53,276 bases of DNA from an uncultured bacterium (GCA_963923835.1 CAWUMA010000001.1:1-53276); one strand, 5' to 3'; counted from the first letter of the stretch, positions 28,602 to 38,209 are shown. Translations and numbers: made by a program. Notes: a model not told the origin generated them from the letters alone.

Positions 28602-29926
28602 TGAATCAATTCGGCCGGTGGTGGAGTGAATTCACCAGTGAACGCGCCATCGACGGGCCAGTACATCCGAAGGCTCACGTCGAATCGACCCGCCGGCGTA
28701 GGAAGCCAATTGCTTTCCGGGGCTTGCGCGGGTCGAGTGTGGCCGAGATAGATATCAAATGACCCGTCGGAGTTGTAGGCCAACGCGTCGCGGTCACCAA
28801 TCGCGTAACGGTTGAGCTCGTTTGGTTCAGTGAAGTTCTCCGAGTTATACGCCGTAAGTGACCAAAACGCCCGCACGGGTGGCGGCGTCTTGAAGTGGAG
28901 CCGGTAGTGGCGCTCACCATCGAGCGGCGCGCCCGAGGCGTCGAAGAGGAGATTAGGGTACAGGGTTTCTTCGACGGGGTTAGCCCCCAGACCACGGATG
29001 GCCACCATGGCACGACGAACATAGTTGTTGCCCCAGTTACCCATGTTGTCCGTGACGAGGCGCCACCCATTCACCATGGTCGAGCCGTTTGTGGAGCGAC
29101 TGGCAATCTGACGTCGGGCGGCGTCGGGCGCCTGGGCGAGGGCCGACCGAACCTCGGCGCTTTGATCTTCAGGCACGTAGGTTTCGCCGTATACGAACCC
29201 GAGCGACCTGAGGCGCTCCAGAATTCCCCAGTCGGTGATGTGCGCGGGGTGCTGGGTCGCCAATTCGCCAGCCAATCGGAAGAAATCGTCCGAAGTGATG
29301 TTGCGATATTGGTGGAATGGGGGAGTGCGCGAGTCCCACTCGGGATTGATGCGGTACTCACGCTCAGGGGCCGGGCCGGGGAACGCCGAGAGGGGGGTCA
29401 GGGACATCCCGTCCTGGAACGCATGAATCTGCGGATAGTCGGGTGCGAGGTGTGTTTCGGTCCGACCAATCACCCAGACGTACTTGGTGGGGGCATTGAT
29501 ACGACCCACCCCATTAGGGAGCTCGCCGTTCCATCCTGGTCCACAGATTGCAAAGCTCGCGGCCCTAGAGCCGTTGGTGCGTGTGCCCGGTGAGGCAAAG
29601 ACCTCCGTCCACATGTCGTAGAGGGGGAGCATGAAGAATCGGTTTTCGGGCACCTGGGGAATGGTGATCACCTGCGGCTCGTCACCGAGGTCGAGCCAGG
29701 AACTGGTGTAGAGGGTGTCCCAGTTGGAACGAACTACGGCTCGAAAATCCCCCGGTGGAAATGCCCGCGTGTGGGAGAGGTGGTTCATCGGCTTGAGTGC
29801 GGGATGCGTCGACAAGGTCACGTTGGTCTGGGTGCGCCGAGTGAACTCCATAATCACGAGGGGCGTGAAAAAGAGATAGGTCTCTGTCGCAACCCGATTC
29901 AGCTCGTCCTGATCAAATTGGCTCAT
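28598..29926 (-). CDS. DUF1254/DUF1214 domain protein
   Basis: VVRSNWDTLYTSSWLDL, DMWTEVFASPGTRT, PPVRAFWSLTAY, NWLPTP, LRMYWP. Confidence 0.9.
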   Translation of the reverse strand: MSQFDQDELNRVATETYLFFTPLVIMEFTRRTQTNVTLSTHPALKPMNHLSHTRAFPPGDFRAVVRSNWDTLYTSSWLDLGDEPQVITIPQVPENRFFMLPLYDMWTEVFASPGTRTNGSRAASFAICGPGWNGELPNGVGRINAPTKYVWVIGRTETHLAPDYPQIHAFQDGMSLTPLSAFPGPAPEREYRINPEWDSRTPPFHQYRNITSDDFFRLAGELATQHPAHITDWGILERLRSLGFVYGETYVPEDQSAEVRSALAQAPDAARRQIASRSTNGSTMVNGWRLVTDNMGNWGNNYVRRAMVAIRGLGANPVEETLYPNLLFDASGAPLDGERHYRLHFKTPPPVRAFWSLTAYNSENFTEPNELNRYAIGDRDALAYNSDGSFDIYLGHTRPAQAPESNWLPTPAGRFDVSLRMYWPVDGAFTGEFTPPPAELIQ

Positions 29927-30005
29927 CGCGCAAATGTAGTTTTTGGCACGTCGGGGTAATAGCCCGTCGTGGACACATTCGTGGCACGCCCGTCAGGCGG
30001 CCTCG

Positions 30006-30584
30006 CTACAGCGAACGAACGACGCCGAGGACCAGGTACTTCAGCGAAATGCCGGGAGATACCAGGGTGGGAATCGACTCGATGATGATGACGTAATCGG
30101 CTCGAACCATGAAGGCGTCAACGCGAAGCGAAGGTGCTTTGGCCATCGAACCGAGGCCCGCGACCGAACCGGGGACTGTTCGTGTCAGCGCGGGGATGCC
30201 CATGATACTCGTCTGCTGCAGTCCCGGGATTGTGGACTTCATGTAGGCGAGGTAAGTCTCCGGGGTGAACGTGGGCTTGTGCAGCAACGTGGCCGTCTTC
30301 GCCAAGTCAGAGGGTGCGAGGCAACTCACCACCACTGACGTGGGGCCGAAGTCAAGGGTCGTACCAACGGCGTGAGCGGCGTTGGCCGCCTTATTCGTGT
30401 AGTTGTAGGGAGTGATCTTCGGCGCGGTGGCGCTCGTGTATCCAGACTGAACGACCAATGCCTTGCTGATGGTCTTACACGTTGATGTCAAGGCGCCGGC
30501 GGGCGCCTGAACCAACGAGGTGCTGACGACCAAACCGCCCGACACGATGGTCAAGCTTGCGGCGATGCGTCGGAGCGTTTTCAT
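30006..30584 (-). CDS. Secreted hypothetical protein, paralog B
   Basis: Signal MKTLRRIAASLTIVSGGLVVSTSLVQAPAGA, SD GAAAGG; aligns with the 23003-23587 product. Confidence 0.8.
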   Translation of the reverse strand: MKTLRRIAASLTIVSGGLVVSTSLVQAPAGALTSTCKTISKALVVQSGYTSATAPKITPYNYTNKAANAAHAVGTTLDFGPTSVVVSCLAPSDLAKTATLLHKPTFTPETYLAYMKSTIPGLQQTSIMGIPALTRTVPGSVAGLGSMAKAPSLRVDAFMVRADYVIIIESIPTLVSPGISLKYLVLGVVRSL

Positions 30585-30704
30585 GATGGCCCTTTCGTTG
30601 TCGTTCAGTGTAGGCGTGTTGGGGAAGGGGCAACTAGTCGCCACTCATATTTGAAACCCACTTGTTTGTGGAAAGTCTTAGAAAACTCTCCCCCATGACT
30701 GGTT

Positions 30705-31688
30705 TCAGGGCAGGAATGTGGGGTGATCGGCCAGATAGAGGACGGCGTCATCCTCGGTCAGCCGGCTGTTCACCCACTTGATGGCCTGCGCCATCGTGTC
30801 GACCCGCTCCGCAGTTCCCCGGGAGCCATCAAGAAGCGGCTCAGCTCGAAGTCGGCCCACCGCCAACACCGCTGAGTCGGTTGACCAGGCTTGGGCGGCA
30901 ATCCGAAAGGAGTCTTTTGGGTCGTACCCAATTCCAGGTGTCACAACGAATCGCTTGCCGGCGCAGGGAAGGTCCACGAAAATCTTCAAAGCGTGTTCGG
31001 ATGTTGCCAGGGTCGTTACCCGTGTGGCATCAACCACCCAAGCCCCATTGGGCGCACGGGTAGGCACTACTTCTTCTGGAATTGCCATCCCGGGCCGTTG
31101 GCCGAAGCAACCCGCCGCCACGAAGAGGGGAGCGGCGAGAATGCACGCGGCGGTGCTGGCGAGGATTGGCACGCCCAACTTCGCCAGTGTGGTGACAACG
31201 AGAAAAGCTAGTGCGGTTGCAATGACGGCGGCGCGGTAGCCCTTTCCCGAACGGACCTGCCCCCGCCCAGGCATCCCCCACGGGAATATGAAGCCGTACG
31301 CCGCGCCGACCAGCACCAATATGGGAATCGAACGGGTAACCGCGGCCAAAAACGCCACGGTGCACGCAATGACGGTGAGGGAAGGTGGTGGAGTCAGGCG
31401 GGGAGGCTGATCCCACCGTCTCGCAGTTCGAAGATGGCCACTGAGAAGGTGTGTTAACCCCCGAAAGAACCAGCCAAAAACCCCGTTGACCAGGGATTTA
31501 TGGTGCGCCACGGCCCAGGCGCTGGGGGCGGGAGGGAAGACCCACGCTCTCGCGACTTTCAATACTTTGCCGGGGGTAACTTCTCCTTCGGCGACCGCAG
31601 ACCAGCGAAGCATTTGATTTAGCCACGCCAGGCCCAATATGAACAAGGGAACGATCCTCGTGATTAATAAGGTGCTGTTTGTTCCCAC
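30705..31688 (-). CDS. Membrane protein with a degenerate Mur-ligase C-terminal-like domain
   Basis: N-terminal TM helices; C-terminal GAWVVDAT...KRFVVTPG...DDAVLYLADHP resembles the MurF-type C-domain; no P-loop; start taken as GTG 31688. Confidence 0.6.
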   Translation of the reverse strand: MGTNSTLLITRIVPLFILGLAWLNQMLRWSAVAEGEVTPGKVLKVARAWVFPPAPSAWAVAHHKSLVNGVFGWFFRGLTHLLSGHLRTARRWDQPPRLTPPPSLTVIACTVAFLAAVTRSIPILVLVGAAYGFIFPWGMPGRGQVRSGKGYRAAVIATALAFLVVTTLAKLGVPILASTAACILAAPLFVAAGCFGQRPGMAIPEEVVPTRAPNGAWVVDATRVTTLATSEHALKIFVDLPCAGKRFVVTPGIGYDPKDSFRIAAQAWSTDSAVLAVGRLRAEPLLDGSRGTAERVDTMAQAIKWVNSRLTEDDAVLYLADHPTFLP

Positions 31689-31761
31689 TCCGTCATCGTA
31701 AGTGGGGCAGACACGTTTCGGAGGAGGCGTGTCCCCTGGGTGCGCTGCTAGCGTTTCCGAG

Positions 31762-33783
31762 GTGAGTCTTCTCGACGTCCGCAATCTTGAAATTACCTAC
31801 GCCCTCCGCAATTCCGAGGTGGTGGCGGTTCACGACGTCTCTTTCTCGATTTCGCCCGGAGAATGCTTGGGTGTTGTCGGCGAATCCGGATGTGGCAAAA
31901 GCACTATCGGAATGTCGATTATGCAGCTACTTGCCACAAATGGTCGGATTTCGGGCGGCGAGGTGCTGCTCAACGGGCAGAACCTGGTGGGCCTCCCCGA
32001 CAAGGAGATGCGGAAATTCCGTGGTAAGTCAATTGCTCTGATTCCTCAGGACCCGATGACCTCGCTGAATCCCGTCATGCGGGTGGGTGATCAAATTGCC
32101 GAGGGCTATCGGATTCACCACAAAGTGTCAAAGGAACTTGCCATGCAGCGGGCAATTGAAGTTCTGCGCATGGTGGAAATGCCCAGTCCGGAGGAACGCG
32201 CTCGGCAATACCCATTCGAGTTGTCGGGAGGTCTGCGCCAGCGTGCCATGATCGCTATGGCACTCGTCTGCGAACCCCAATTGCTGATTGCCGACGAGCC
32301 GACCACCGCGCTGGACGTCACGATTCAGGCCCAAATCCTCGACGTGCTCGATGGCCTGCGGGATAAGTATCAGTTGGCGATCATGTTGATCACCCACGAC
32401 ATGGGCGTCATTGCTTCACGAGCCGACCGGGTCATGGTGATGTACGCAGGACGCCAAGTTGAGGTTGGCACCACGTCTGAAATTTTCGATGAGATGCGCC
32501 ACCCCTACACCTCGGCGCTTCTTTCTGCCGTCCCGAGCGTGGAGGGTGTGAAGGCTGCGCGGCTGCGTTCCATCCCGGGCCTCCCACCGGACCTGAGCCG
32601 CCCCATTCAGGGATGTCGGTTCGCAGTTCGCTGCTCTTTCGCGACGGACAAGTGCCGCGAGGAAGACCCCGCGTTGTCCCCAATGTCAGGGACCCATTTC
32701 TTCGCCTGCTTCAATCCGATTTCGAGTGGCACCACGTACGCCGAAGCGCAGACTTCGTTTACGCGAAGCGATCCGTCGGGGAATCCGGTCCTGGTGTCGG
32801 TCGACCATCTCGTCAAAGACTTCCCGCTTCGCGGCAAGGGCCTGATACGTCGTGAGCGCAAGGCTGTGAGTGCGGTCGCTGACGTGTCTTTCGAAATTCG
32901 CGAAGGAGAAACGTTCGGTCTGGTTGGAGAGTCGGGTTGTGGCAAGACCACGATCGGCAAGTTGCTCATGAACCTCGAGGATCCGACTTCGGGCACGATT
33001 TCGTACAGTGGTGTCGGCGAGGCCCAGGGTTCGAAGACCAAGCTTGACATTGCCCGTATACGTCAGATGATCTTCCAGGACCCCTACGCGTCACTCAACC
33101 CGCGCAAGCGCGTTCGTGACATCGTTGCCGAGCCCTTGGATATTCAAGGCGGTCTCACGAGCGCCGAACGCGAGAAGCGAGTGCTGGAGTTGTTCGACGA
33201 AGTTGGTCTTCCAGCAGACGCCGCCGATCGCTACCCGCACGAATTCTCAGGTGGCCAGCGCCAACGAGTTGGCCTCGCCCGCGCCCTCGCTCTGAAGCCG
33301 AAGCTCATCATCGCCGACGAGCCGGTGTCGGCACTCGACGTGTCTATCCAGGCACAGATTCTGAATCTGATGGCCGACCTGCGCGACAGTCGTGGTTTGT
33401 CGTACGTGTTCATTAGCCACGACCTCGGCGTGGTGCGCCACATTGCGGATCGCATTGGAGTCATGTACCTCGGCAAGCTCGTTGAGGTTGGCCCGGCCGA
33501 TGAAGTTTTCGGGAATCCCGCTCATCACTACACGGCGGCGTTGTTGCGAGCTGTGCCCATTGCGGATCCGAGCGCCTCTCGTGCTGATCGTGGATCAACC
33601 ATGACGGGGGAAATACCCAGTGCGATTGACCCGCCATCTGGATGTCGATTCCGTACCCGATGCCCCTCAGCTGCTGATATCTGTGCAAACGAGGCGCCCG
33701 CGTATCAACAACTTGGTGTCGGGCACACCGTTGCGTGTCACTTTCCATTACGAACCGCCGTTTCCATTGGTGCGCGCGGATAA
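31762..33783 (+). CDS. Peptide/nickel-family ABC transporter ATP-binding protein (fused OppD-OppF)
   Basis: Two GESGCGKS/T Walker A motifs, LSGGLRQR/FSGGQRQR, ADEP, and two Cys-rich C-terminal oligo_HPY domains. Confidence 0.95.
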   Translation: MSLLDVRNLEITYALRNSEVVAVHDVSFSISPGECLGVVGESGCGKSTIGMSIMQLLATNGRISGGEVLLNGQNLVGLPDKEMRKFRGKSIALIPQDPMTSLNPVMRVGDQIAEGYRIHHKVSKELAMQRAIEVLRMVEMPSPEERARQYPFELSGGLRQRAMIAMALVCEPQLLIADEPTTALDVTIQAQILDVLDGLRDKYQLAIMLITHDMGVIASRADRVMVMYAGRQVEVGTTSEIFDEMRHPYTSALLSAVPSVEGVKAARLRSIPGLPPDLSRPIQGCRFAVRCSFATDKCREEDPALSPMSGTHFFACFNPISSGTTYAEAQTSFTRSDPSGNPVLVSVDHLVKDFPLRGKGLIRRERKAVSAVADVSFEIREGETFGLVGESGCGKTTIGKLLMNLEDPTSGTISYSGVGEAQGSKTKLDIARIRQMIFQDPYASLNPRKRVRDIVAEPLDIQGGLTSAEREKRVLELFDEVGLPADAADRYPHEFSGGQRQRVGLARALALKPKLIIADEPVSALDVSIQAQILNLMADLRDSRGLSYVFISHDLGVVRHIADRIGVMYLGKLVEVGPADEVFGNPAHHYTAALLRAVPIADPSASRADRGSTMTGEIPSAIDPPSGCRFRTRCPSAADICANEAPAYQQLGVGHTVACHFPLRTAVSIGARG

Positions 33784-33798
33784 CCGAGGAGAAGCCTG

Positions 33799-34797
33799 AT
33801 GCGTTACGTGATTACCCGAATATTTCAGGGAATTTTGACGTTACTCGGCGTGAGCATTGTTACATTCCTACTTCCGTATCTGTACACATCGCCCGCCACA
33901 ATTGCGATTCAAACACTCGGCCGTAGGGCTAATCCTCACACAATTGCACAGTTCCTCCACGACACAGGTCTTGATAAGCCGGCACTTGTTCAGTACTGGA
34001 ACTGGTTACTGGGCGTGGTGAAGGGAGATTTTGGCATCTCTTACATCAAGAGTGCTCAGAGCGGCGTTGATGTTCCAGTAAGTGTGCTGCTGGCGGGAAA
34101 CGTCTGGCGTTCAATTTGGTTGACGTTCATACCGACTATTTTTTCGGCGTTAATCGCAATCCCCATCGGTCTGACTCAGGCTCTCCGCCGGAACAAGATA
34201 TATGACCACTCGATGTCGATTCTCGTGTATGTCCTTTACTCGACTCCTGCAGTGCTGGTCTGCCTCTTGCTTCAGTTCTACTTAGGCGTGAAACTTCATT
34301 TTGGTGCGGTCACAATCCAGGGGAACGCCGTGGAGATTCCCCCGCAAAATTTCCTGTGGTTCATGCTCACTCATTTCAATCAGTTTGTTCTTCCCTTCAT
34401 GGGGATCATCGCCCTGTCTGTGGGTGGTTTAACCAGGTTCATGCGTGGTTCAGCTCTTGACACGCTGGTCCAAGATCACGTGCGAACGGCGCGGGCCAAA
34501 GGCGCAAGTCCGACCCGGGTTCTTTTCCGACACGTTCTTCGGCCATCGCTGATTCCGATGCTTCAGATTTTGGGGCTGTCTATTCCCGGCATTATCGGTG
34601 GTGCCCTGATTATTGAGAATGTTTTCAACTACCCGGGCATGGGGGTCCTTGCGGTTAAGTCGGTTGCCACATTCGACTTCACGGTGGTGATGGCGATCAC
34701 TTTGATTGGTGCGGCACTTACCGTGGCCGGCAATTTGATTGCCGACCTTCTGACTGCGGTGGTTGACCCACGCGTTCGACTTCAGAGGAGGGGGTAG
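33799..34797 (+). CDS. oppB: Peptide ABC permease, OppB-like
   Basis: GLDKP..QYWNWL..GDFGISY, TARAKGAS, IENVFNYPGMG, VDPRV. Confidence 0.92.
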   Translation: MRYVITRIFQGILTLLGVSIVTFLLPYLYTSPATIAIQTLGRRANPHTIAQFLHDTGLDKPALVQYWNWLLGVVKGDFGISYIKSAQSGVDVPVSVLLAGNVWRSIWLTFIPTIFSALIAIPIGLTQALRRNKIYDHSMSILVYVLYSTPAVLVCLLLQFYLGVKLHFGAVTIQGNAVEIPPQNFLWFMLTHFNQFVLPFMGIIALSVGGLTRFMRGSALDTLVQDHVRTARAKGASPTRVLFRHVLRPSLIPMLQILGLSIPGIIGGALIIENVFNYPGMGVLAVKSVATFDFTVVMAITLIGAALTVAGNLIADLLTAVVDPRVRLQRRG

Positions 34798-34799
34798 AG

Positions 34800-35780
34800 A
34801 TGGGCGAGTCGATGAACACTGAAGTTCGCAGCGATTTAGTCGACGGTGCAACTCTCACGTCGAAAGACGCCGGCGAGGTGCGAGGCTCGGGATCGATGGT
34901 TTTCCAGATGTGGCGAGTGTTTCGTCAGAACAAACTCGCAGTGGCGTCACTCATCTACCTAGCCCTCATTATTGGGGGGGTCATTTTCATTCCGTTGATG
35001 GAGCCAAGTACGTATTGGCGATTCGCGCCAATCCAAATCTCCACCAACAGCTGCTTCGTGTTCACGTCGGCCCCGGGGTATACGGGAAGCGCCCCACCTT
35101 CAGCGCACCATCTCCTGGGATGCACGAAGGGCTATGACACCCTCGCACTTCTCTTCTATGCCGGTCGATTCTCGTTGGCAATCGGATTCCTTTCGTCGAT
35201 TGTCACCATGACCCTGGGGGTTTTCTACGGGATGGTGTCGGGATACCGCGGTGGCGTTCTCGACGCCGTTCTGATGCGATTTGTCGACATGCTGCTGTCA
35301 ATTCCCGGTCTGTATCTCTTGATTCTGGTGGTGACGCTCTTCGGACACACTTTCTCGTCGCTCATCGTGGTTATCGGCTTCACCGGCTGGTTTGGTGTGG
35401 CTCGTTTGATGAGGGCCGAAACGCAGACGTTGCGCGAGCGCGATTATGTCCAGGCGGCCAAGGCGATGGGGGCGAGCCAGGGTCGTGTCTTGTGGCGACA
35501 CATCCTGCCAAACGCCATGTCGACGATGGTCACCATGTCTACCTTCGCCCTGGGGGACGGAATCCTTGTCTTGGCGGGAATCGGATACCTCGGTTTCGGG
35601 CTCAGGCCGCCACAATTCGACTGGGGAAGCATGATCCAGAACGCGTCTGGGATATTCGAGTTGGGCTACTGGTGGACCCTTTGGCCGTGCGCAATCCTCT
35701 TTATTTTGTTTGTGCTCTCGACCAATTACATCGGCGACGCTTTACGCGACGCCTTTGAAGTGCGGCTTCAGGAGCGCTAG
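34800..35780 (+). CDS. oppC: Peptide ABC permease, OppC-like
   Basis: FRQNKLA, PPSAHHLLG, YVQAAKAMGA, RHILPN, NYIGDALRDAF. Confidence 0.92.
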   Translation: MGESMNTEVRSDLVDGATLTSKDAGEVRGSGSMVFQMWRVFRQNKLAVASLIYLALIIGGVIFIPLMEPSTYWRFAPIQISTNSCFVFTSAPGYTGSAPPSAHHLLGCTKGYDTLALLFYAGRFSLAIGFLSSIVTMTLGVFYGMVSGYRGGVLDAVLMRFVDMLLSIPGLYLLILVVTLFGHTFSSLIVVIGFTGWFGVARLMRAETQTLRERDYVQAAKAMGASQGRVLWRHILPNAMSTMVTMSTFALGDGILVLAGIGYLGFGLRPPQFDWGSMIQNASGIFELGYWWTLWPCAILFILFVLSTNYIGDALRDAFEVRLQER

Positions 35781-35789
35781 TCCTGCTGG

Positions 35790-35860
35790 CAAATGCCGGA
35801 ATCCGGCATTTGTGAGAAATACCACGAGGGTTTGACCCTGGTGACCTTCTGCCCTACTAT
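35790..35860 (+). promoter_or_regulatory. Internal promoter for the binding-protein gene, with an upstream palindrome
   Basis: TTGACC(35832)-N17-TACTAT(35855); perfect inverted repeat CAAATGCCGGA-A-TCCGGCATTTG at 35790-35812. Confidence 0.65.
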
Positions 35861-35930
35861 TGCCCCAGTATCCGCTGTGGGTGCTTAGTTAACGCTCGAT
35901 ATGAAGGATTGAGCGATAAGGGGAGGAAGT

Positions 35931-38192
35931 ATGCGTCATTCACCGATGCGGCGTCTTCTGAGCGCGGGTCTTGTGACCGGTTTGCTCAGTTCGGGCGCCC
36001 TTTTGATGGGACCTGTCGTGGCCCATTCGGCGACCACGACGACGGTTGACCCACTGAAGGCTGGGGCGACTAACTCGTCGAACACGCTCGTCGTTCCGCA
36101 GAGCCCGGGCTACGCGCTCCACAAGTTGAATCCTTTCTATTCCGCCGCGTACTGCTACGCCGGTGACATTTCTGTTCAGCAGACGATGTACCGCCCCGCG
36201 TACTACTTCGGTCTCGGTAAGAGCATCGCTGTTCAGCCGCTGCTGAGTGCCGCGAACATGCCGACGTATTCGGAGGCGGGTGGTGTCACGACGGTGACGA
36301 TCACGGAAAAGCCGTGGCTCTGGACCGACGCCAACACGAAGACCTACACGAGCAACGGTGACGGGACCACGACTCTGTCGGCCACCGACTACCACTCGCA
36401 GGTTTCTACGGCGAGGGACATCGTCTTCTGGTTGAACATGGACAAGGCCATGTCGAAGGGAAACTTCTACCAGGCGGCTGCCTACAAGGGAAACAATGGC
36501 TTGCGTTCGAACCCGGCGTACGCCGCTTGTGGTTTCGTCCCCGGCATGGGTCTTCCCGACCAGGTTGACACCGTAACTGCGCCGCAAGGCTTGAACGGCG
36601 ACACGGTCGTTATCAAGTTCTTGTCGCACCAGAACCACGACTGGCTGCTCGCCAACGAGCTGTCACAGATCCAGCCGATGCCGGCCGCGTGGGACACCGC
36701 CTACGCCACCGTGTCGGACTCGAACCAGTGGCTGACGCCGTACTCCGGTTCGGCTCGCACCTGCGCCGGCGAGTCATGGAGCAGCATCAAGACCGACGGC
36801 ACAGACCTCTGCTCGTACACCTATGGCTACCTGAAGAGTTTGTTGCTCACAGACTCGCTGTGGCACTGGTCGAATGGCCCGTACCGCATTGGTGACGTTG
36901 GCTACTCCTCGGGTGCTACCGACGGTAACCAGTTCATCGTCGCCAATACTCACTACAGCGGACCGGTCGCGGCCAAGGCCGTGAAGAAGGTTGTGTGGCT
37001 GCCCGAAACCGACACGAATGCGGAAATCGCACAGCTCCGGGCTGGTCAGTTGACCTCCGGTTACGTGACGCCCGACCTGGTTACTGCGTCTCCCGGAATC
37101 GGCAAGGCCGGTGCCAACCTCGATAACACGATTGCGAATAACTACAACACCGTTGGATCGACGTCCTGGGGCGTTGGCTTCTGGCAGTTGAACTTCGGAA
37201 ACGTCTCCTCGTCGACCGCCCCTTGCGTGGGTCAAGACGGACAGACTCAGGCTCACAACTGCACGTGGGCAGCCATGATCAACCAGCAGTACATGCGTCA
37301 GGCGATGTTCACGGCTCTCGACCAAAAGTCGGTCATCAAGACGATTATGAACGGCTACGGAATCCCCGGCTGGTCGGCCATTCCGGGAGCAGGCGGAGGC
37401 GCATTCTCCAAGGGCGTGGCTAAGCCTCTGTCCTACAACCCGACCAAGGCGAAGGCGTTGCTGACCGCTAACGGTTGGGCCACGACGACCACGGTCAAGA
37501 AAGTCAATGGTGTCAACACGACCGTGCTACTGGACAACCCCACTGGTGGATCGGACACTGTCACCTGTCGTTGGTCCGTTGGTTCGAACGCCCACCCGTA
37601 CGGTTGCGGTACTCAGACCTGGCCAATCGACAACGGCACCTCGGCGTCGTTCGACTTCATCTACCCGAACGGAAGCCCGACAACGGACGCAGAAGTGGCC
37701 GCCTACTCGGCTTACCTCCAGTTGGTTGGTATTCACCTGAACGTGTCGTCGCCGGACGCCACGACGGTGGGCAACACTTGCTTCTACGGCACGGCTGACT
37801 GGCAGATTTGCTGGTACGGCGGATGGATCTACGCCCCGGACTACTACCCCTCGGGTGAAACTCTGTTCGGTACCGGTGCTGGTTCGAACAACTTCGGTTA
37901 CAGCAACCCCATCATGGACGGACTCATCGCCGCTACCTCCCAGAGTGGTTCGTCGGCGCTGAACGACTCCATCTCGATGGCCAACCTGGGCCTTGGCGCT
38001 GGTGACGCAGCCGCTGCTGGGAACCCCTCGAACGCCGCTAAGTCGTTCGTTCAGTGGAGCGCCCAGGACCTGCCGGTGCTGTGGATGCCGTGGGGCACTG
38101 GCTTCGGTGAGCGTCTGAAGACGATCACTGGCGCCCAGCCGCCGAACCCGCTCGGTGACTTCAACCCCGAGTACATCACCTTCATCCAGTAG
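35931..38192 (+). CDS. oppA: Family-5 ABC substrate-binding protein (OppA-like), 753 aa
   Basis: MYRPAY, TARDIVFWLN, SNGPYRI, YMRQAM..ALDQ, YNPTKAKALL, GGWIYAPDYYPSGE, DLPVLW; operon context; strong SD. Confidence 0.85.
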   Translation: MRHSPMRRLLSAGLVTGLLSSGALLMGPVVAHSATTTTVDPLKAGATNSSNTLVVPQSPGYALHKLNPFYSAAYCYAGDISVQQTMYRPAYYFGLGKSIAVQPLLSAANMPTYSEAGGVTTVTITEKPWLWTDANTKTYTSNGDGTTTLSATDYHSQVSTARDIVFWLNMDKAMSKGNFYQAAAYKGNNGLRSNPAYAACGFVPGMGLPDQVDTVTAPQGLNGDTVVIKFLSHQNHDWLLANELSQIQPMPAAWDTAYATVSDSNQWLTPYSGSARTCAGESWSSIKTDGTDLCSYTYGYLKSLLLTDSLWHWSNGPYRIGDVGYSSGATDGNQFIVANTHYSGPVAAKAVKKVVWLPETDTNAEIAQLRAGQLTSGYVTPDLVTASPGIGKAGANLDNTIANNYNTVGSTSWGVGFWQLNFGNVSSSTAPCVGQDGQTQAHNCTWAAMINQQYMRQAMFTALDQKSVIKTIMNGYGIPGWSAIPGAGGGAFSKGVAKPLSYNPTKAKALLTANGWATTTTVKKVNGVNTTVLLDNPTGGSDTVTCRWSVGSNAHPYGCGTQTWPIDNGTSASFDFIYPNGSPTTDAEVAAYSAYLQLVGIHLNVSSPDATTVGNTCFYGTADWQICWYGGWIYAPDYYPSGETLFGTGAGSNNFGYSNPIMDGLIAATSQSGSSALNDSISMANLGLGAGDAAAAGNPSNAAKSFVQWSAQDLPVLWMPWGTGFGERLKTITGAQPPNPLGDFNPEYITFIQ

Positions 38193-38209
38193 TACCCACA
38201 GTCGCAGTA

